From positions 13,394,001-13,458,000 of the forward strand of contig NC_087437.1 in the NCBI RefSeq assembly GCF_036321535.1: a stretch of 64,000 nucleotides of DNA, written 5' to 3'. This DNA is from Camelus dromedarius. Taxonomy: Eukaryota. A program made the translations under genes and the position numbers. The notes beneath the pieces are model-generated. The model did not search any database. It saw nothing but the letters and a program-made list of their open reading frames with translations, and had not been told where the DNA came from. Shown in pieces: positions 12,985-25,789 of this stretch (the first letter of the stretch is position 1; every line of letters begins with the position of its first letter).

Positions 12985-13385
12985 GCCAGCCTCCCCTCAG
13001 CTGCAGTCAGTCGTGCTGGCCCTTGTTCTGTTTGCAGAGCACGGGGAAGCACATTCCTGCTTCAAAGCTGCTGATCGTGCACTTGCTGCTGCTCGGGGTG
13101 GCCCTCCCACAGATCACCCCATGGCTTGCTGCTCACCGCTTCCCGTGCTCGGCTCAGATGTCACCACTCCGGGCAGCCCTGCATCTTGGTCACTCTGACA
13201 CATTGCCCTGATCGTCTTCTCCATGTCTTCTCTCACTGTCCCGAGTTACCTTGATGATGGCTTTGTTTGTTTTCATTTTCTGTCCTGTCCACCCTGAGCT
13301 TCGTGGGCTCAGAGGCCTTGACTGTTGTGGGTGAACTAGTTCCTGGTACATACTCGTTGCTGCACAAGTATTTGTTGCATGGAAG
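12985..13385 (+). mobile_element. L2 3' region
   Basis: GCTCAGATGTCACCACTCC and tail CCTGGTACATACTCGTTGCTGCACAAGTATTTGTTG. Confidence 0.7.
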
Positions 13386-14885
13386 TTGCCGGAACTCCAC
13401 TGGAGATGGAAGGGCTTCCCAGGGCTGTTCCGAAGATGAGGTGATACCAGGTTTCTGAGAGTACTTTGGAAACTGTAAACCCTATGCAAATAACACATCA
13501 TTAAGTCTTCCCTACCTCGTCTGTGAAGCACTCCTTTCCTGTTGCCCCAGACCAAGGCATCCTCTTCATAATTCTTGCAGAACATGAGTATATTCTCTAT
13601 GACTATAGACTGTTCCGTGGAGATCTGGCATTTCTGGCATGTGATTTAACTCCTGACACATCTCATTAGCAGGAGTTTCAAATGAAACTTGGAGGGATTC
13701 AAAGCAAGAGGGAAAATCCTCCTGCTCAGAAATCGGTGGTCAGCAAGCCATTCACAGGTGCGGCTTCAGGGCTGAGAGCACACAGAGCGGGCAGCATTTC
13801 AGCGATGCCCAGTATTCAAGCTACACACCGCTTCCCTGTGCCAAGTCTGGCTTAAAGAAAATGACATCACGTGCCTGGCTTGGGGGGGAGGTGGACATAA
13901 ATGCGGAGGGTCCGGCTCAGAGGTGACCACAGCTTGTGTCCCTTCAAGACAGCAGAGCTGTGGTCAAGGAGGGCAGTGCCAAAACGAGCCTCTGAGCGCG
14001 TCTGGTAAGGGTTGTGCGCGGCGCATCCTGGGTGCCATGTAAGGGTTGTTTCTTCCATCTACCTGCTTTTGTGGAGACTTTTCCACCTTTACTATTGGTA
14101 ACCTTTCCAGGCTTCAATCAAGATGCAGTATATTGGCTTTGAAAGAGCTTGATTTGAATTGTGGAGGGACATGAAGGGAGTTTCAAGAATCTCAGTCCAT
14201 TATGCATGTTTGGCAAGATGTGTTTTTTCAGAAGCGTGAAAATCACCCTGAGAGAGACTGAATCAGGCAATGAACGGCGCTGGTCTCAGAGGGTGAACGC
14301 CCTTAAAAGGGGTTCAAGTTTCAGTGGAAACTGAAATCTCAAGTTGAAGAAAATAAAACCAAATCCTGGATTACCTGTGGCTCTCAAAATGAATAGTCGC
14401 TCTCTTTAGTAATGATTTTGGTAAACTGAGTCAGAAAATGAGCAACCACTCTGTTCCTCTCCCCCGCCTGCTGCCTGGGACAGGGGGCCTCTTTCGCAAA
14501 CCTACAGAGGAACCCTCACATAAATGCTCACATTCACTGAAAATAAAAGTATATAGTACAAGGATTTTGATGCTTGGTGCAAGAATGTTTTAATTATATA
14601 CTTTTTAATTTGAGTGACTTAAATTAGGATGAATATTGGAACACCAAATTTCTAATACGGACTATGCCTTCAAATCAACAAATTATCTGTAATAAGGATA
14701 AATATATTGACTGGATAAAAACTCATTTAGATTTGCACTTATCCCTTAAGTCAACTCACAAATAAGAACAGGGCACTTTTCTTTTCTGGAGACCTCAAGG
14801 GTTCTTATAGGAAGCTTTAAAGAGGAGAGATGAATTAATTAGCACAAGAGAAATACAGCTCACTCAGAGGATTAAAATGCAACTC

Positions 14886-15225
14886 TTTTTTTCTTTATTT
14901 AAATTTAAAATTTAATTTTTGTATTGAAGTATAGTCAGTTACAATATATCAATTTCTGGTGTACAGCACAGTGTTTCAGCCATCCATACACATACATATA
15001 TTCGATTTCATACTCTTTTGCATTATAGGTCACTACAAGATATTGACTATATTTCCCTGTGCTGTACAGTATAAACTTGTTTATCTATTTTATATATACT
15101 AGTTAGTATCTGCAAATCTCAAACTCCCAATTTATCCCTTCTCACCCCCTTTCCCCCGAATAATTGTTAAGTTTGTTTACTATGTCTGTGATGTTTTGTA
15201 GGTGTTCATTAGTGTCTTTTAAAAT
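14886..15225 (-). mobile_element. Lineage-specific L1 3' end (5'-truncated)
   Basis: T-rich tail then TATTGAAGTATAGTCAGTTACAAT...TTCCCTGTGCTGTACAG; homologous copies at 25.9, 35.5, 41.9, 43.3, 51.3 and 56.1 kb. Confidence 0.9.
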
Positions 15226-16029
15226 TTTTTTTCAATTGAAGTTGCTTACGTGTTCAAGAAAAGAGTTCGAAAGAGAAGGCAGATCCTATGAAGGGGCCCC
15301 AGGGTTTCACTTTGCAGCGTCTGACTCAAGGCCAGGCTGTCCCGGGGAGAGGGGGTCCCACCACCACACAGAATCTCCTGAACATTAGACAAGTGACTCT
15401 TTTTACTTGTTTGCTTGTTTTGGAGGATGGAGAGCTTGTGTTAGCTTTTGTGGAGAAACTAACATTTGAGCTCTAACGTTCAAAGAGAATTCCGCGTTCC
15501 TCTGACTTCTCTATGCTGTTTCTTCTGGACTCTTCAGTTCAGAGTATTTCATCTTCGATTCAGAAGACTACGACGTTCCATTGAAGACAGCTTTCCTAGA
15601 GGCCAGCTGTGTGACTGTTTTCCCCATGCTCTTACCTTTATATTCTCCAAGTAAAAATAAACTCAAACTCTAGAGTTTTAAGTTTGTGGTGTTTGACCCC
15701 TTGTCTCACGTCGTACATTTCCATTGTATCTGAAGGAGAATTTCCGCAGCTCAGGTCTTTATCATTTTTTTGCCTTTATGCACCAGATTTGTTCCTTCTT
15801 TACAAACCCCTTCTTCTATGTCAGTTCTTACTTTATATTGCCACCAGATTCATGTTTTGAAAATACCACTTTGAGTGGGTTAGCTCTTCCTTTAAAGCAG
15901 TTGGTGACCCTCAGCTATTTATAAAGTCAAATTCCTTCACCAGGCGCTCAAGGCCACCCAAGGCCCGTTCTACTCCTGATCTGTGTCGTGGTGCATCTCA
16001 GTGTCATGTTGTGCCATCGTCCCAGCTGT

Positions 16030-16350
16030 TGGTTGACCCTTCAGCACACTGTACATTTTCTCTCTCCTCTTCCTCTTTTCTTACCCAGTGTTACTGCATC
16101 CTTTTGAAAGCTGGGTCAAATACTCAAGCAGAAGTTTTCCTTGACCACTCCTGATTAAAGTAATCTCTCCTTTTTAAAGTAAACTTCTATCTCTTGAATT
16201 AATTAGCTCTGTTTTTCGCCTTTTATAAGCTGTGTCCAAGACTATATGTCTTAAGGTCCCAGACCACGTCTGATAACTCTGTGTACCCCCTGGTCACTGC
16301 CTAGCTTGCCTGCTTCCACATCTCAGGTATTAGTAATGTCTGTTAATTGC
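16030..16350 (+). mobile_element. Degenerate L2 3' region
   Basis: AAGTTTTCCTTGACCACTC and CTCTGTGTACCCCC...GTAATGTCTGTTAATTG. Confidence 0.45.
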
Positions 16351-17495
16351 TCTCAAAAGTGGGATGATGCTCTTTCTAATAAACAAAAAGGCTGAGTGGC
16401 TTCCGTTTCTAAGGAGTCAAATGAGCTTTTCTGTTGAGCTTCAGCAATGGTGTCTGATCACTTTACTTTCAGGATATGAGCTGTTGTATTCCGGGTTCTG
16501 AAAGATCCATGAACAACAGCGTGAAACATATTTGAAAGAAGGAATCATGCTAGATCTGGAAATGAGGGGAGAGGGGTCACCCATCTCAGCCTGTCAGTGG
16601 CATGTCTTGGGGGGTGGTGGGGCAGGCGAAAGCAGACACACTGAGAATTTTAAACTATTGTAAAATGATCTTAGAATTGTTCTGCTTGTAATTATCACCA
16701 AACACTGGCACTTCTAAATAATGTCAGTGATAAAATACTGTTTTTCTCCCCAAAATAGTTGTTGCTGTGGTTACTGTTAAATTTTAATGATATTCATAAG
16801 TTCCCAATTAACACATTATTATCACTATTTAATAAACGCTGTATTCTACGTGGGGGTCAGTTTGGAGAAGTCCCACGTATGCAGACGGCTCACAGGACCT
16901 CAGTCATCCGCTCCGCAAGGGCAGAGCTGTCCTGGGACCCTTCTCTTGCTTCAGGCACAGCTCACGTCTCCAGCACCTGTGATATGGCTGCATTTAAATG
17001 ATAGATTTGGAATAAACAACAAGAACACAATGGTGGTAAAAATGAACACACCTTGAGTTACAGTATTTCTGTCATACGCGGCGACCGCTCACGGTTTTTA
17101 TTTGTGTTTAACATTTGGGTACTTCAAGTACACGATTTTGTTTGATGAGGGCGCATTTTAGTTTACACATGAAATAGATTTGTTCCGTTCCGTGATTATC
17201 ACTGAACATCCTTTTTTCATCTAGCAGAGGGGTATGTTAAAACCAGCTTACCCGGAGAGTCATCGATGCTAAGGATTCCTGTGCATTAGTGAGCTTGTTT
17301 TCCTGAAGAACAGTTTCCAAGAAGGTCTCCAGAGAAGGGTCTGCACAGATGCCACTGCACCAGAGAGGCCTTTTCCATCGGCCACCTGCAAGGTTAATCA
17401 CTCCCCTCCCTCCTCCTGCCCCGCTCTGCGTCATTCTGACCCCAGTTAGTTTTTCTCCATTGAGTTTATCACATCCTGATACATTATACATGAGC

Positions 17496-17518
17496 GTGTG
17501 TGTGTGTGTGTGTGTGTG
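17496..17518. repeat. (GT)n microsatellite
   Basis: Read directly from the sequence. Confidence 0.95.
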
Positions 17519-17539
17519 ATGGTGTGTGTGTTCCCTTGT

Positions 17540-17704
17540 TAGAATGTGTCCCCTCTGCTAGTCTCAGGTTCCATGGGGTCAGGAAATGCGCTTTTTTGAT
17601 GCTGTATCCTGGGCACCTGTCAGATCATCTGGCATGTGGTTGATGCTCAACAAGTATTTGTTGAGTGAATGAATGAATGAGTGAGTGAGTGAATGAATGA
17701 ATGA
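17540..17704 (+). mobile_element. L2 3' tail with (TGAA/TGAG)n
   Basis: CTGGCATGTGGTTGATGCTCAACAAGTATTTGTTGAGTGAATGAATGAATGA. Confidence 0.85.
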
Positions 17705-20073
17705 CAGAAGCATCAGAATAAATCCCACAGAGACCTTTCATTTCGCTTCTTCTCTCTGGAGCCCATCCAAAGTGGGGAGAATGAACAGCCCTTCAGATGG
17801 GTTACAGAAGTAACTTTTGCCTATCTTAAAGAATGTGGTTTTCTTGAAGTAAAGGGAACATTGTCCCAACTTCCCTACCCATCACTTTAACCCGCAAACC
17901 TAACTCAGAAGGTGGCAGGGTAGTAAAAACTTACCATATAGTGAGAATTGACTGTAGTTAGGCCCTTGAATATGGATTATCTCGATATGGATTCTCAAAA
18001 AGCTATTTTATAGATGCGAAAATGAAAGCAACAGTGTGATCACCTGGGCCCGCCCAGTCCCCGGGGTGAGGAAGGAAGGAGAGATGGGGCCTGCGAGGCA
18101 GAACCCAGCCCTTCGTGGGATCCTCTCCATTTCTCACCCTCTCTGCTGCTCTGGCACCTGCTCCTGCCAGCATATGCCGCCGGGAAGTGTTGGATGTCAC
18201 CGCACAGCTGTGAAGTAGGGCGGAAGAGAAAAAGGAATAGCACAGAAAAGCTGGGGAACCTAACGCAGGGCTCCGGAGAGGTGGGGGAGCGATGTCGGCT
18301 CAGATTCTGCAAGAATAAAGACGCCCCCCCTGGGGAAGGATGTGTGAGAAGCCTCTAGTCCACAGACTCAACTGTGCACAAGGTGGACGGGCCGGCTTCA
18401 GATGTCCATGTAGCAAATTAAGTCCACCTCTGCAAACTTACTCATTATTTTCTGTCTCACTCAATTCAAAGAGTATAAAAAAAAAATCGACAGATGTTTT
18501 AGAGCTGTTAAGTCAACTTTTTTAAAAAGTTGCATGCTTTTTTTATTCAAAAGTTTACAATTCTACTAACAAATTATAACAACATAACAAAGTTATAATA
18601 ACACTAGGGAAAGTAAACAAAGCATCTCCATAAGTATCACAGTACTACAAAGTAGATTCCATTTGTCTTTCTGGATCCTTCCCCTTCCCATTCTTGTCCA
18701 CAAGCATGCCTGTTTTTATCACGGCATACACCTGTATCGTTAACGTGAGAGAATCTGTTTCCAGAAGGATTTGCTTCCACTGCAGCCAACGCAAGCAAGG
18801 TTGTCAGGGTCAAGGAGGAGGGGGAGGGATGACTGTGCCCCCGGTAGATTCACATTTAGGGAGAGGTCACCGCAAAACCAGAGGCTGAGCTTGTGAGATA
18901 AAAGAACAAAGGAGGTATCAGAGAATATACTAAGGAAGAGAGAACAAATGTGCCTAAAAGACTGGCTAAAAAACCTTGAACGTAGGTGGGGACAGAACAA
19001 TGAGGGAAGAAGAAGATACTCGTGGGAATTAATGAACGGAAAATGACTTGCATCTTCCTGACACTTAGTTCGACTGTCCTGTGTTAACCACAGCTTATAT
19101 CTGGACAGTTTCTCCATGAAGTCTGGGATTTCTGTCATTTTTCTACAGGCAGAGTAACAAGGATGGCAAAAAGACTGATTTAAAATATTCTCAAGGATGG
19201 ACTTAGGTATACATGTGAGTTCAGATGTTGCAGAAATTGATCTGTCATTAATCATGTTTTAGGAGAAACTGACATGTCATTTCTTACCGATTTCAGAACC
19301 TGGGAGGCTGAGAGAGATGGGAGTATAAAACAAAACATGTAAACTGTCAGACGGAAGAACTCATAGGAAAGAAAGCCTATAGTGTCTTTTAAACACCATG
19401 AAGCTAACCTAAAGTCTAGCAGAGATTTTTGAGAGTTCTTGATCATGCTGCGTGTTTTAGGCTCTTAAATTTTTTCTCTGATCATAGCTCGTAGCCAGGT
19501 GTGAGATTTTGCTATGAATTATAATGTCATGCATTTCAGTGCACTCTGAACTGTTTATTTCTGAGAACAGACCATACCCACGTGTGTGCCATATAGCAGT
19601 TAGGCAGAGCCGTACTGAAAGACGCCATATTGAAAACAATGGTTCGTCTAATCGAGAGCATTTGGTTTGTAGAGGTGAATTACATCATGTGGCTATGGTA
19701 GAAAAAAGTTTATGGTGTCCATACTTTGTGGCACCAGATGGCTATTTTTTCCCCATGTTTAATCAACAATCTGAAATAGTCTGCATGATGCATTTCCTAG
19801 ATGGGGAAGCAGCCCAAAGCTTGGCTGAGCTGTCGTGATGCCTTCCTGTTCCCGGTGGTCTGTTTCTAATAACCGGCGCTATAACGTAATAGAGTCATGA
19901 CTAAAAATCCATCAGAGATTTGGGTGTCCTGGAACCAGAGCAGGCCCAGATAGTCCACGATGCTGAGACGGGTGCTCGAGTCTTTCTCATTGCCATTCCG
20001 TCTCTACCAAGGTGAGCAAAGACAAGAAACTGTCCAGCAGTGGGCACCTAGGGGAGGTCACAAGTGTCTATGG

Positions 20074-20247
20074 CAATGGTTCTCAAACTTCGCTGCAGAC
20101 CGGAAACTCCTGGAGATTTTCTACAGTCCTCCAAGGCCTAGGCTACACCCTATACACATTAAACCAGGATTTCTAAAGCTGGGGCTAAGGCATCAGCAGT
20201 GTGAAAAATCTCCCGGGTAGTTCTGATACACGACTGTAAAATGAGAA
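20074..20247. mobile_element. MER5A-like hAT MITE
   Basis: CAATGGTTCTCAAACTTCGCTGCA start, TCTCCCGGGTAGTTCTGAT, TGAGAA end. Confidence 0.75.
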
Positions 20248-21824
20248 AGGCAGATTGCTCTGGGAGTACGTCTGAGAAAAGAGAAATAGCAAAGACTTCT
20301 TTGACAGGGAGTAAGGAGGGCATTCTAGGCCAGGGGAAAACACAGGCCGAGAAACAGGTAAGAAAGCACGCAGGGGGACAGCGTAAAGCTCTTCTCGGCT
20401 GCCGTAAAAGAGGAGCGAGTATCTGAGCAATGCTGTGTCGGGGCTTGGACGCCAGGCTGATGAAGTCTTAGTGGGAGACGGGTATCACTTTTCATAAGTA
20501 GAAGCTCAACCCTAGGAACCACTACCATAAAAATAAAACAAGGTGGTTCTTGTTACACACTCTCACCGGCCAGTCATTCTGAGTTTGAGGCCTGGTCCCT
20601 TTGTGAGAAGAGGACGCTGGCAAGTGGTGTGTAAGACAGAGTAGCGCTGAGTAGGGCGGCGGCCGGGAGGATGGAGGAGAGGTACTGGGAACCAGCCGGC
20701 TCAGGGACGGACACGCCCGGTCTTTGACCAGCGGCCCTTGTTGGATCTGCTCGGGGTGCTGGGCGTGCTGTCGGTGTTTTCTCAGAGAATACCCTCAGGG
20801 TCTGCCATGTGTCAGGTGGATGCTGAGATGTCTAGAAGGAATTTGCGGAGAAACACGGTAAAAATCACAACAGCAAACTTTGGAAGGCACGCTCGTACCT
20901 AATTGTTTCCTTTCATCCTGCCTGCAGAAAAGGCAGCTCCTGATGGTTTGGTAGCCCCGAGAAGAAGGTGCTTGTTCTCAGTGTGAATGAACTTAACTGG
21001 TAACATACAATTTAACTAAATAGACTTGGCTTTAGAGGTTATCATTTTTAAAATGCAATACTGAATAACGTGAGAATTTGGAATACCATGGAATTTGAAA
21101 ATAATGTTCTGCATGGCTATAATTTTATGTGGGCACATTTTATTTTGGTGTTTGGGATTGAAGCGATGAGAAAATTACAGTGTCCAAATGCGTATGTGTG
21201 TGTGTGTCTGTGTGTATGTGTGTGTCTATGTCATGTTCACGAAGCACCGTGTGAAATGAGAACTTCCCAAAGTGAAGCTTTAAGATCACTAAGCAGAGAA
21301 AGTAATGGAAGGCGTGAGCCTGCAGTCATGGAGCAAATGGTACGACCCTATCTTTAGAGTCAGCGACCAGTGCATAAAATTCTCTGTAACCCTCTGGGGT
21401 TCTCTCAGAGCCCACAAGAGGCATAATCATGTCTGTATTTGGGCTACAGGCATCTTTGGTTTTGTAGATGGTTAGTAAAACCCAATCTAGAGCCTCCTAC
21501 GATTGCATGACTAAGGCGTTTGCTGATAAGTGGATCTTACTTGACAGCTGACCCAGGATTATTAGTGAAAGCCAGTAGTACTGGAGACAAGTACGCTTCT
21601 GTTCATTTCACTTACTCATCTGTCCCATTTGCATCAATGGCACTTACCTTTATCTTTTTAATCGTCTTAACTGTCTTTCCCAGCTGTGTCCTCTTTAGAA
21701 TGCCAAATGCAGAGCTCCTGTCTCTACTTCCCCATTACAGACCATCCATATCACCTTCGGCTGTCATTCTCCTTGTGTTGTGGTGACAGGAGGGCTCAGC
21801 AGTGCACAAGCTAAAGATGAATGA

Positions 21825-22035
21825 TGCCTCCTGGTTACCAAGGGTCCTCCATGTGCCATGGTCTGTGCCAAGCATATCACTTCAGTTGTGATGTAGCTTA
21901 AAATTCACCACAACGTTATTGCTGTTTATGATCACTGTGATACAGATGAGTAAACCAGAGAGGCTGAGGGACCACCTACCAGCTAGCTAGCAGATGATAG
22001 AGCCGGACTTCAGAGCCTTGTCTCATCTGCTGCTC
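21825..22035 (-). mobile_element. MIR SINE
   Basis: ACAGATGAGTAAACCAGAGAGG antisense core with ATGTGCCA...TGCCAAGCA. Confidence 0.6.
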
Positions 22036-22192
22036 TGCCCTGCCTCCGAATGTGCCGGCTTGCCCAGCTCCCCTCGTTATTTTGGTGCAGCGAGCTGTGA
22101 GAGCCTGGGAGCATCCCTGCAGGGATGGATTTGGAGTCTCTGTGAAGCAGAGCAAGAGAGCATGGTGCTGATGCTGCCCCAAATGAGCTGGC

Positions 22193-22600
22193 ATGTGTCA
22201 TAGCCAAGAAGATCCAACAACAGATCCACCCAAACATGGCATGACCCAACACAAGTTTATTTCTTAATCACATGATTGTCCAATGAGGTGTTGATGGTGA
22301 CGTGGAAGAGGAAGGGGACTTCGCTCTGTGTAGTCACCCAGGGACCTTGGTTGGCGGTGGCACTGATTTGTCATTGTTATCTCCATTCCAGTCAGCCAGC
22401 ATGGAGCAGGCTTAGAGGTGTGAACCTGGGGGGCTTTCATGGACCAAGCCTTCGGAGAGGCGTACACGCCTTACACTCCCATTTCATTGGCTAGAATTCA
22501 GTCCTATGGCTATACCTAGTTGCAAAGAAGGCTGTGAAATATAGTCAAGCCCGACATCCAGGAAGAAGAGGACATAGATTTTAGAGAGAACTCTCATCAG
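22193..22600 (-). mobile_element. MLT1J/K-like MaLR LTR
   Basis: CATTTCATTGGCTAGAATTCAGTCCTATGGCTATACCTAGTTGCAAAGAAGGCTGTGAAATATAGTC. Confidence 0.75.
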
Positions 22601-22629
22601 GGAAACAGAGGAAAGCTTCCCCGTCTAGG

Positions 22630-23005
22630 AATCCAAAGACTGAGATTTTGGTGTTGATAACCCGTCACAGAGCTACTTGGCAAGTTTCTCATCTGAAAAT
22701 CAGAATCTCCGTCTCCTGCTGCTTTCCACTCCATAGGGTAACTGAAGATCAAAATGAGCCCTAAGTAAGGTATGTGGATATGCTTTGTAAACAACTAGGG
22801 ACTTAGCATGGGAGAGTAGGCAAAGCCCTAGACTGGGATATAGAGTCGAAGTTCAAGTTCTGTTTTCTGCTACTTCATACCTTTGCAAGCATGGCCCCCT
22901 CATTTGAGGTCTCTGAGCTGCAAAACCTTACCTTCTTTTTACCTTCTTTATAGGGATCCAGAGTATATACAAATCAGTAGCCTTTGTGAGAGTGCTAGAA
23001 AACCA
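22630..23005 (+). mobile_element. Two degenerate MIR copies in tandem
   Basis: CTTGGCAAGTTTCTCATCTGAAAAT...TGCTTTGTAAAC; second copy GTTCAAGTTCTGTTTTCTGCTACTT. Confidence 0.5.
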
Positions 23006-23706
23006 TTAAAGGTCAAAGTTTTGTTTTTGGTATCACTGGGGACTTACCTGGAGAGTGCTTCCTGAACCCCAAACTCCCTGCTCTGTCCTCTCCTGACTTA
23101 ATGAAGTAGGACATTTAGGCATGAAAATTTTTTTTTCAAAAAACTGAAATAGGTGTTTACAATCCCAGCACACACCACGTGTGACTATACACTCCCCAGG
23201 GAACAGCCTGCATCACCTCCATGTTTGAAATTTCCATCACGCCAGGTACGTATAGTCACTGCCCGATTGAGGCTTTCTGAATTACATTCAATTTTAAAAT
23301 ATACTTTCTGGCCACAGACTAAGTGACCAGGGGGCCGCCACAGTGCTGGTCAGTGACTCTGGCACGTAATGCCACGTCTTGTAGCTGCCATTCTCTCGTT
23401 GAAGGTCAGGTTTATCCTGAATGGTCACATTCCAACTTCATTATTTGCTAAGTCACTTCTCTGAATGGACGGTGTTAGTCACTTAAACAGACTCGTACTT
23501 TCTTTCTGCGCTGAGTAGTTCCAGAATTAGAGTGATTCATTAAGTTACTTTCCTTTTCCTCTTTTATTTTTTCTCGTTGGAGTCTCTTGATACTTCTTAA
23601 TTCCAGCCAAGGCACTCATTAAGTTCCAGGTGGCCTTCTGGGCCAAGTTGTGCAGAGCGATGATCATCTGGCCTGAGTTTTCATTCATTTCTGGGCTCAC
23701 TCAGCT

Positions 23707-23784
23707 ATGAATCGACAGGCAGAGCCTGCTTTTCTAATCGCGGAGTGGGATGACTCACACTTTCATTTTTATGGGTTGTTACAG
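23707..23784 (+). other. Candidate short exon: ATG-initiated 26-codon frame (MNRQAEPAFLIAEWDDSHFHFYGLLQ) ending at the donor CAG|GTAAGG
   Basis: Open frame ending in phase 0 at a consensus donor, in non-repetitive DNA; no homology recognised. Confidence 0.2.
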
Positions 23785-24137
23785 GTAAGGCTGCATCTCC
23801 TTTTTTGAGCTTTCGTAAGTAACGAGACATTAAAGAAAATCAGGAAGAGAGGGGCTACCTTTAGTTCTAGAGTGTATCATAGTACTGATTATCAAATTTA
23901 GGCTAATCTTGACTTTACCCTCCCACGGGACAGCTAGCAGAATGGCATTCTTTAAATGGCCCCTCCTTTAAAGAGAAAATTAAGGCTCTGGGTTGGGATC
24001 AGATGCTAACTTGCTAATAATTTTGCATAGTACATTGGGAATTTTGAGATACCCAATTATAACTATTGGGAACATGACTTCACAAAATATTTGTATGTGT
24101 AAAAGGGGAGGTGGAGCAAAACATCTCTACTTATGGT

Positions 24138-24345
24138 AATAACAGCCACATGTATAATGCCTACTGGGCGCCGAGCGCTTTGCAAATATCCACTCATTTT
24201 ATCCTGACATCAGCCTTATGAAGTCGGTGCTATTATTGTCTCCACTTTATGGATAAAGAAACTGAGTCCCAGAAAGTTTAAGTACATTTTCCAAATCAGC
24301 AGTCTTCAGATTTTGAATCCAGGCAGGCTGGCCGCTGAGCATTCT
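24138..24345 (-). mobile_element. MIR SINE
   Basis: CTATTATTGTCTCCACTTTATGGATAAAGAAACTGAGTCCCAGAAAGTTTAAGT. Confidence 0.85.
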
Positions 24346-24379
24346 CGCATCATGCTTCTCCTGGACCCACATGCAGCAA

Positions 24380-24530
24380 GGACATGTGGGTTCAAGTTCA
24401 GATTCTGCCATAAGCCCTCTAGTCTTTCTATCTTAATTCCATCCTCTGTGAAATGGGCCTAATGCTGCCCTGGGAACCTCCCAGGATTGTTGGAAAGTTG
24501 AAATGAGATAATGCATGTGAAATTTTATAG
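24380..24530 (+). mobile_element. MIR SINE
   Basis: TGGGTTCAAGTTCAGATTCTGCCA...CTGTGAAATGGG...AAATGAGATAATGCATGTGAAA. Confidence 0.8.
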
Positions 24531-25789
24531 ATTACATAGAACTGTACAGACAGATGCAAAGATTAGAAAGATGCCTTCTATTACCATTGTTAAATTTTGA
24601 ATAGTATTGTGTAAATAGCCAGTTTATGTTTCTTTAGTCTCTATTTTTATACGTCTGCTGCTTCCTCAGGAAGAACTAGTTGTGCTTGGACACAAACAAA
24701 GGACAAAAATACCTTTTTGGATTTGTTTTCTTTAGGCTTTTTGAAAATAGACTATTCTGTTGAAGCTAAAAACTAGTAGACGACCCATCAGCTGACTTCA
24801 TTCATTCCTGTTTTGTGATATGATTTCCCACAGGTTGTTCTCTGAAGTGTCAGCCCATCTGGGTTGAAATGATTTTCCGACGCCTCTTACATTTAGCTCT
24901 TCATTTGGAAAGGTGTTCCGTGGTGACATCAGTTTCACCATAGAATTTTGCACTTGGATTTAGACCATGATTCTTCTTGTTAGGTTGCCTCATCCCAGCC
25001 TATTTATCATTCTTTAAAGCCCTCACTTTTCTTAGAGTTTTCATTTTCCAGCTGCATGCATTTTTCTCCTTCTGAATTTTAGCGGGAGTTAATAGAGAAT
25101 TTCTCTCCTAATTATACTACTCCATTCCTCCTCAGCACAAGAGTTTAGGGGAGATGAGAATCCAGAATTGTGAGACAGAAGGATGACCGGGGTCTTGCTC
25201 GTGTTGCTGGGGCCAGGATTTCTTATGTTTTTGGTTTCTGGGTACAGATGATCTATCGGTGCCTCCTGATTATTAAATCATAAAAATCATAATTAGAGAT
25301 TAATTTTCTTTTCTTTGTGTCAGAAGTCCATGGCTGCAAAGCCAGTGAATTTTAAACCAGAACTTTATTCCGTTTCATTTAATTTAGCCAGATCAGAATC
25401 TATTTCCTTTTCGGCAACAGATCATGATAAGTCTTTCAGAGTAAATGTTAGCACTAGATACAATTAGCTCTCTTAAATAAATCAGCAAATTCAAAACAGA
25501 ATAAAGATGGAGTGAATTTTATGGATGCAAATAGGTAACATTCTAACGCTGATTTAATAGAAGCAGAACCATCAGACAATTGCATCATCCTTTTCTTTGA
25601 ACTGTGGTTTCCAAGATAGGGTTCACTTAGGTTTCTGAAGTGGCTAGTTAATATGTGTGTGTCTTCCAGAACCTGGCTTGCCTTCTCCAGGCTTGTTCTA
25701 GAGCAGACATTGGTAGGGAAGGATGGTCTGTGAGGACTACCTACTTCCAAGACATGTAGGTGTGTATTATTGGTGTCAAACCGTGCAGA

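Noticed and set aside
17252..17302. Minus-strand 51-nt exon-like segment (ENKLTNAQESLASMTLR) between TTCAG and GTAAGC
   Set aside because: Weak pyrimidine tract, no partner exons, unrecognised peptide, and opposite to the inferred host strand.
18740..19255. 171-aa minus-strand ORF
   Set aside because: No recognisable homology and a composition typical of non-coding DNA.
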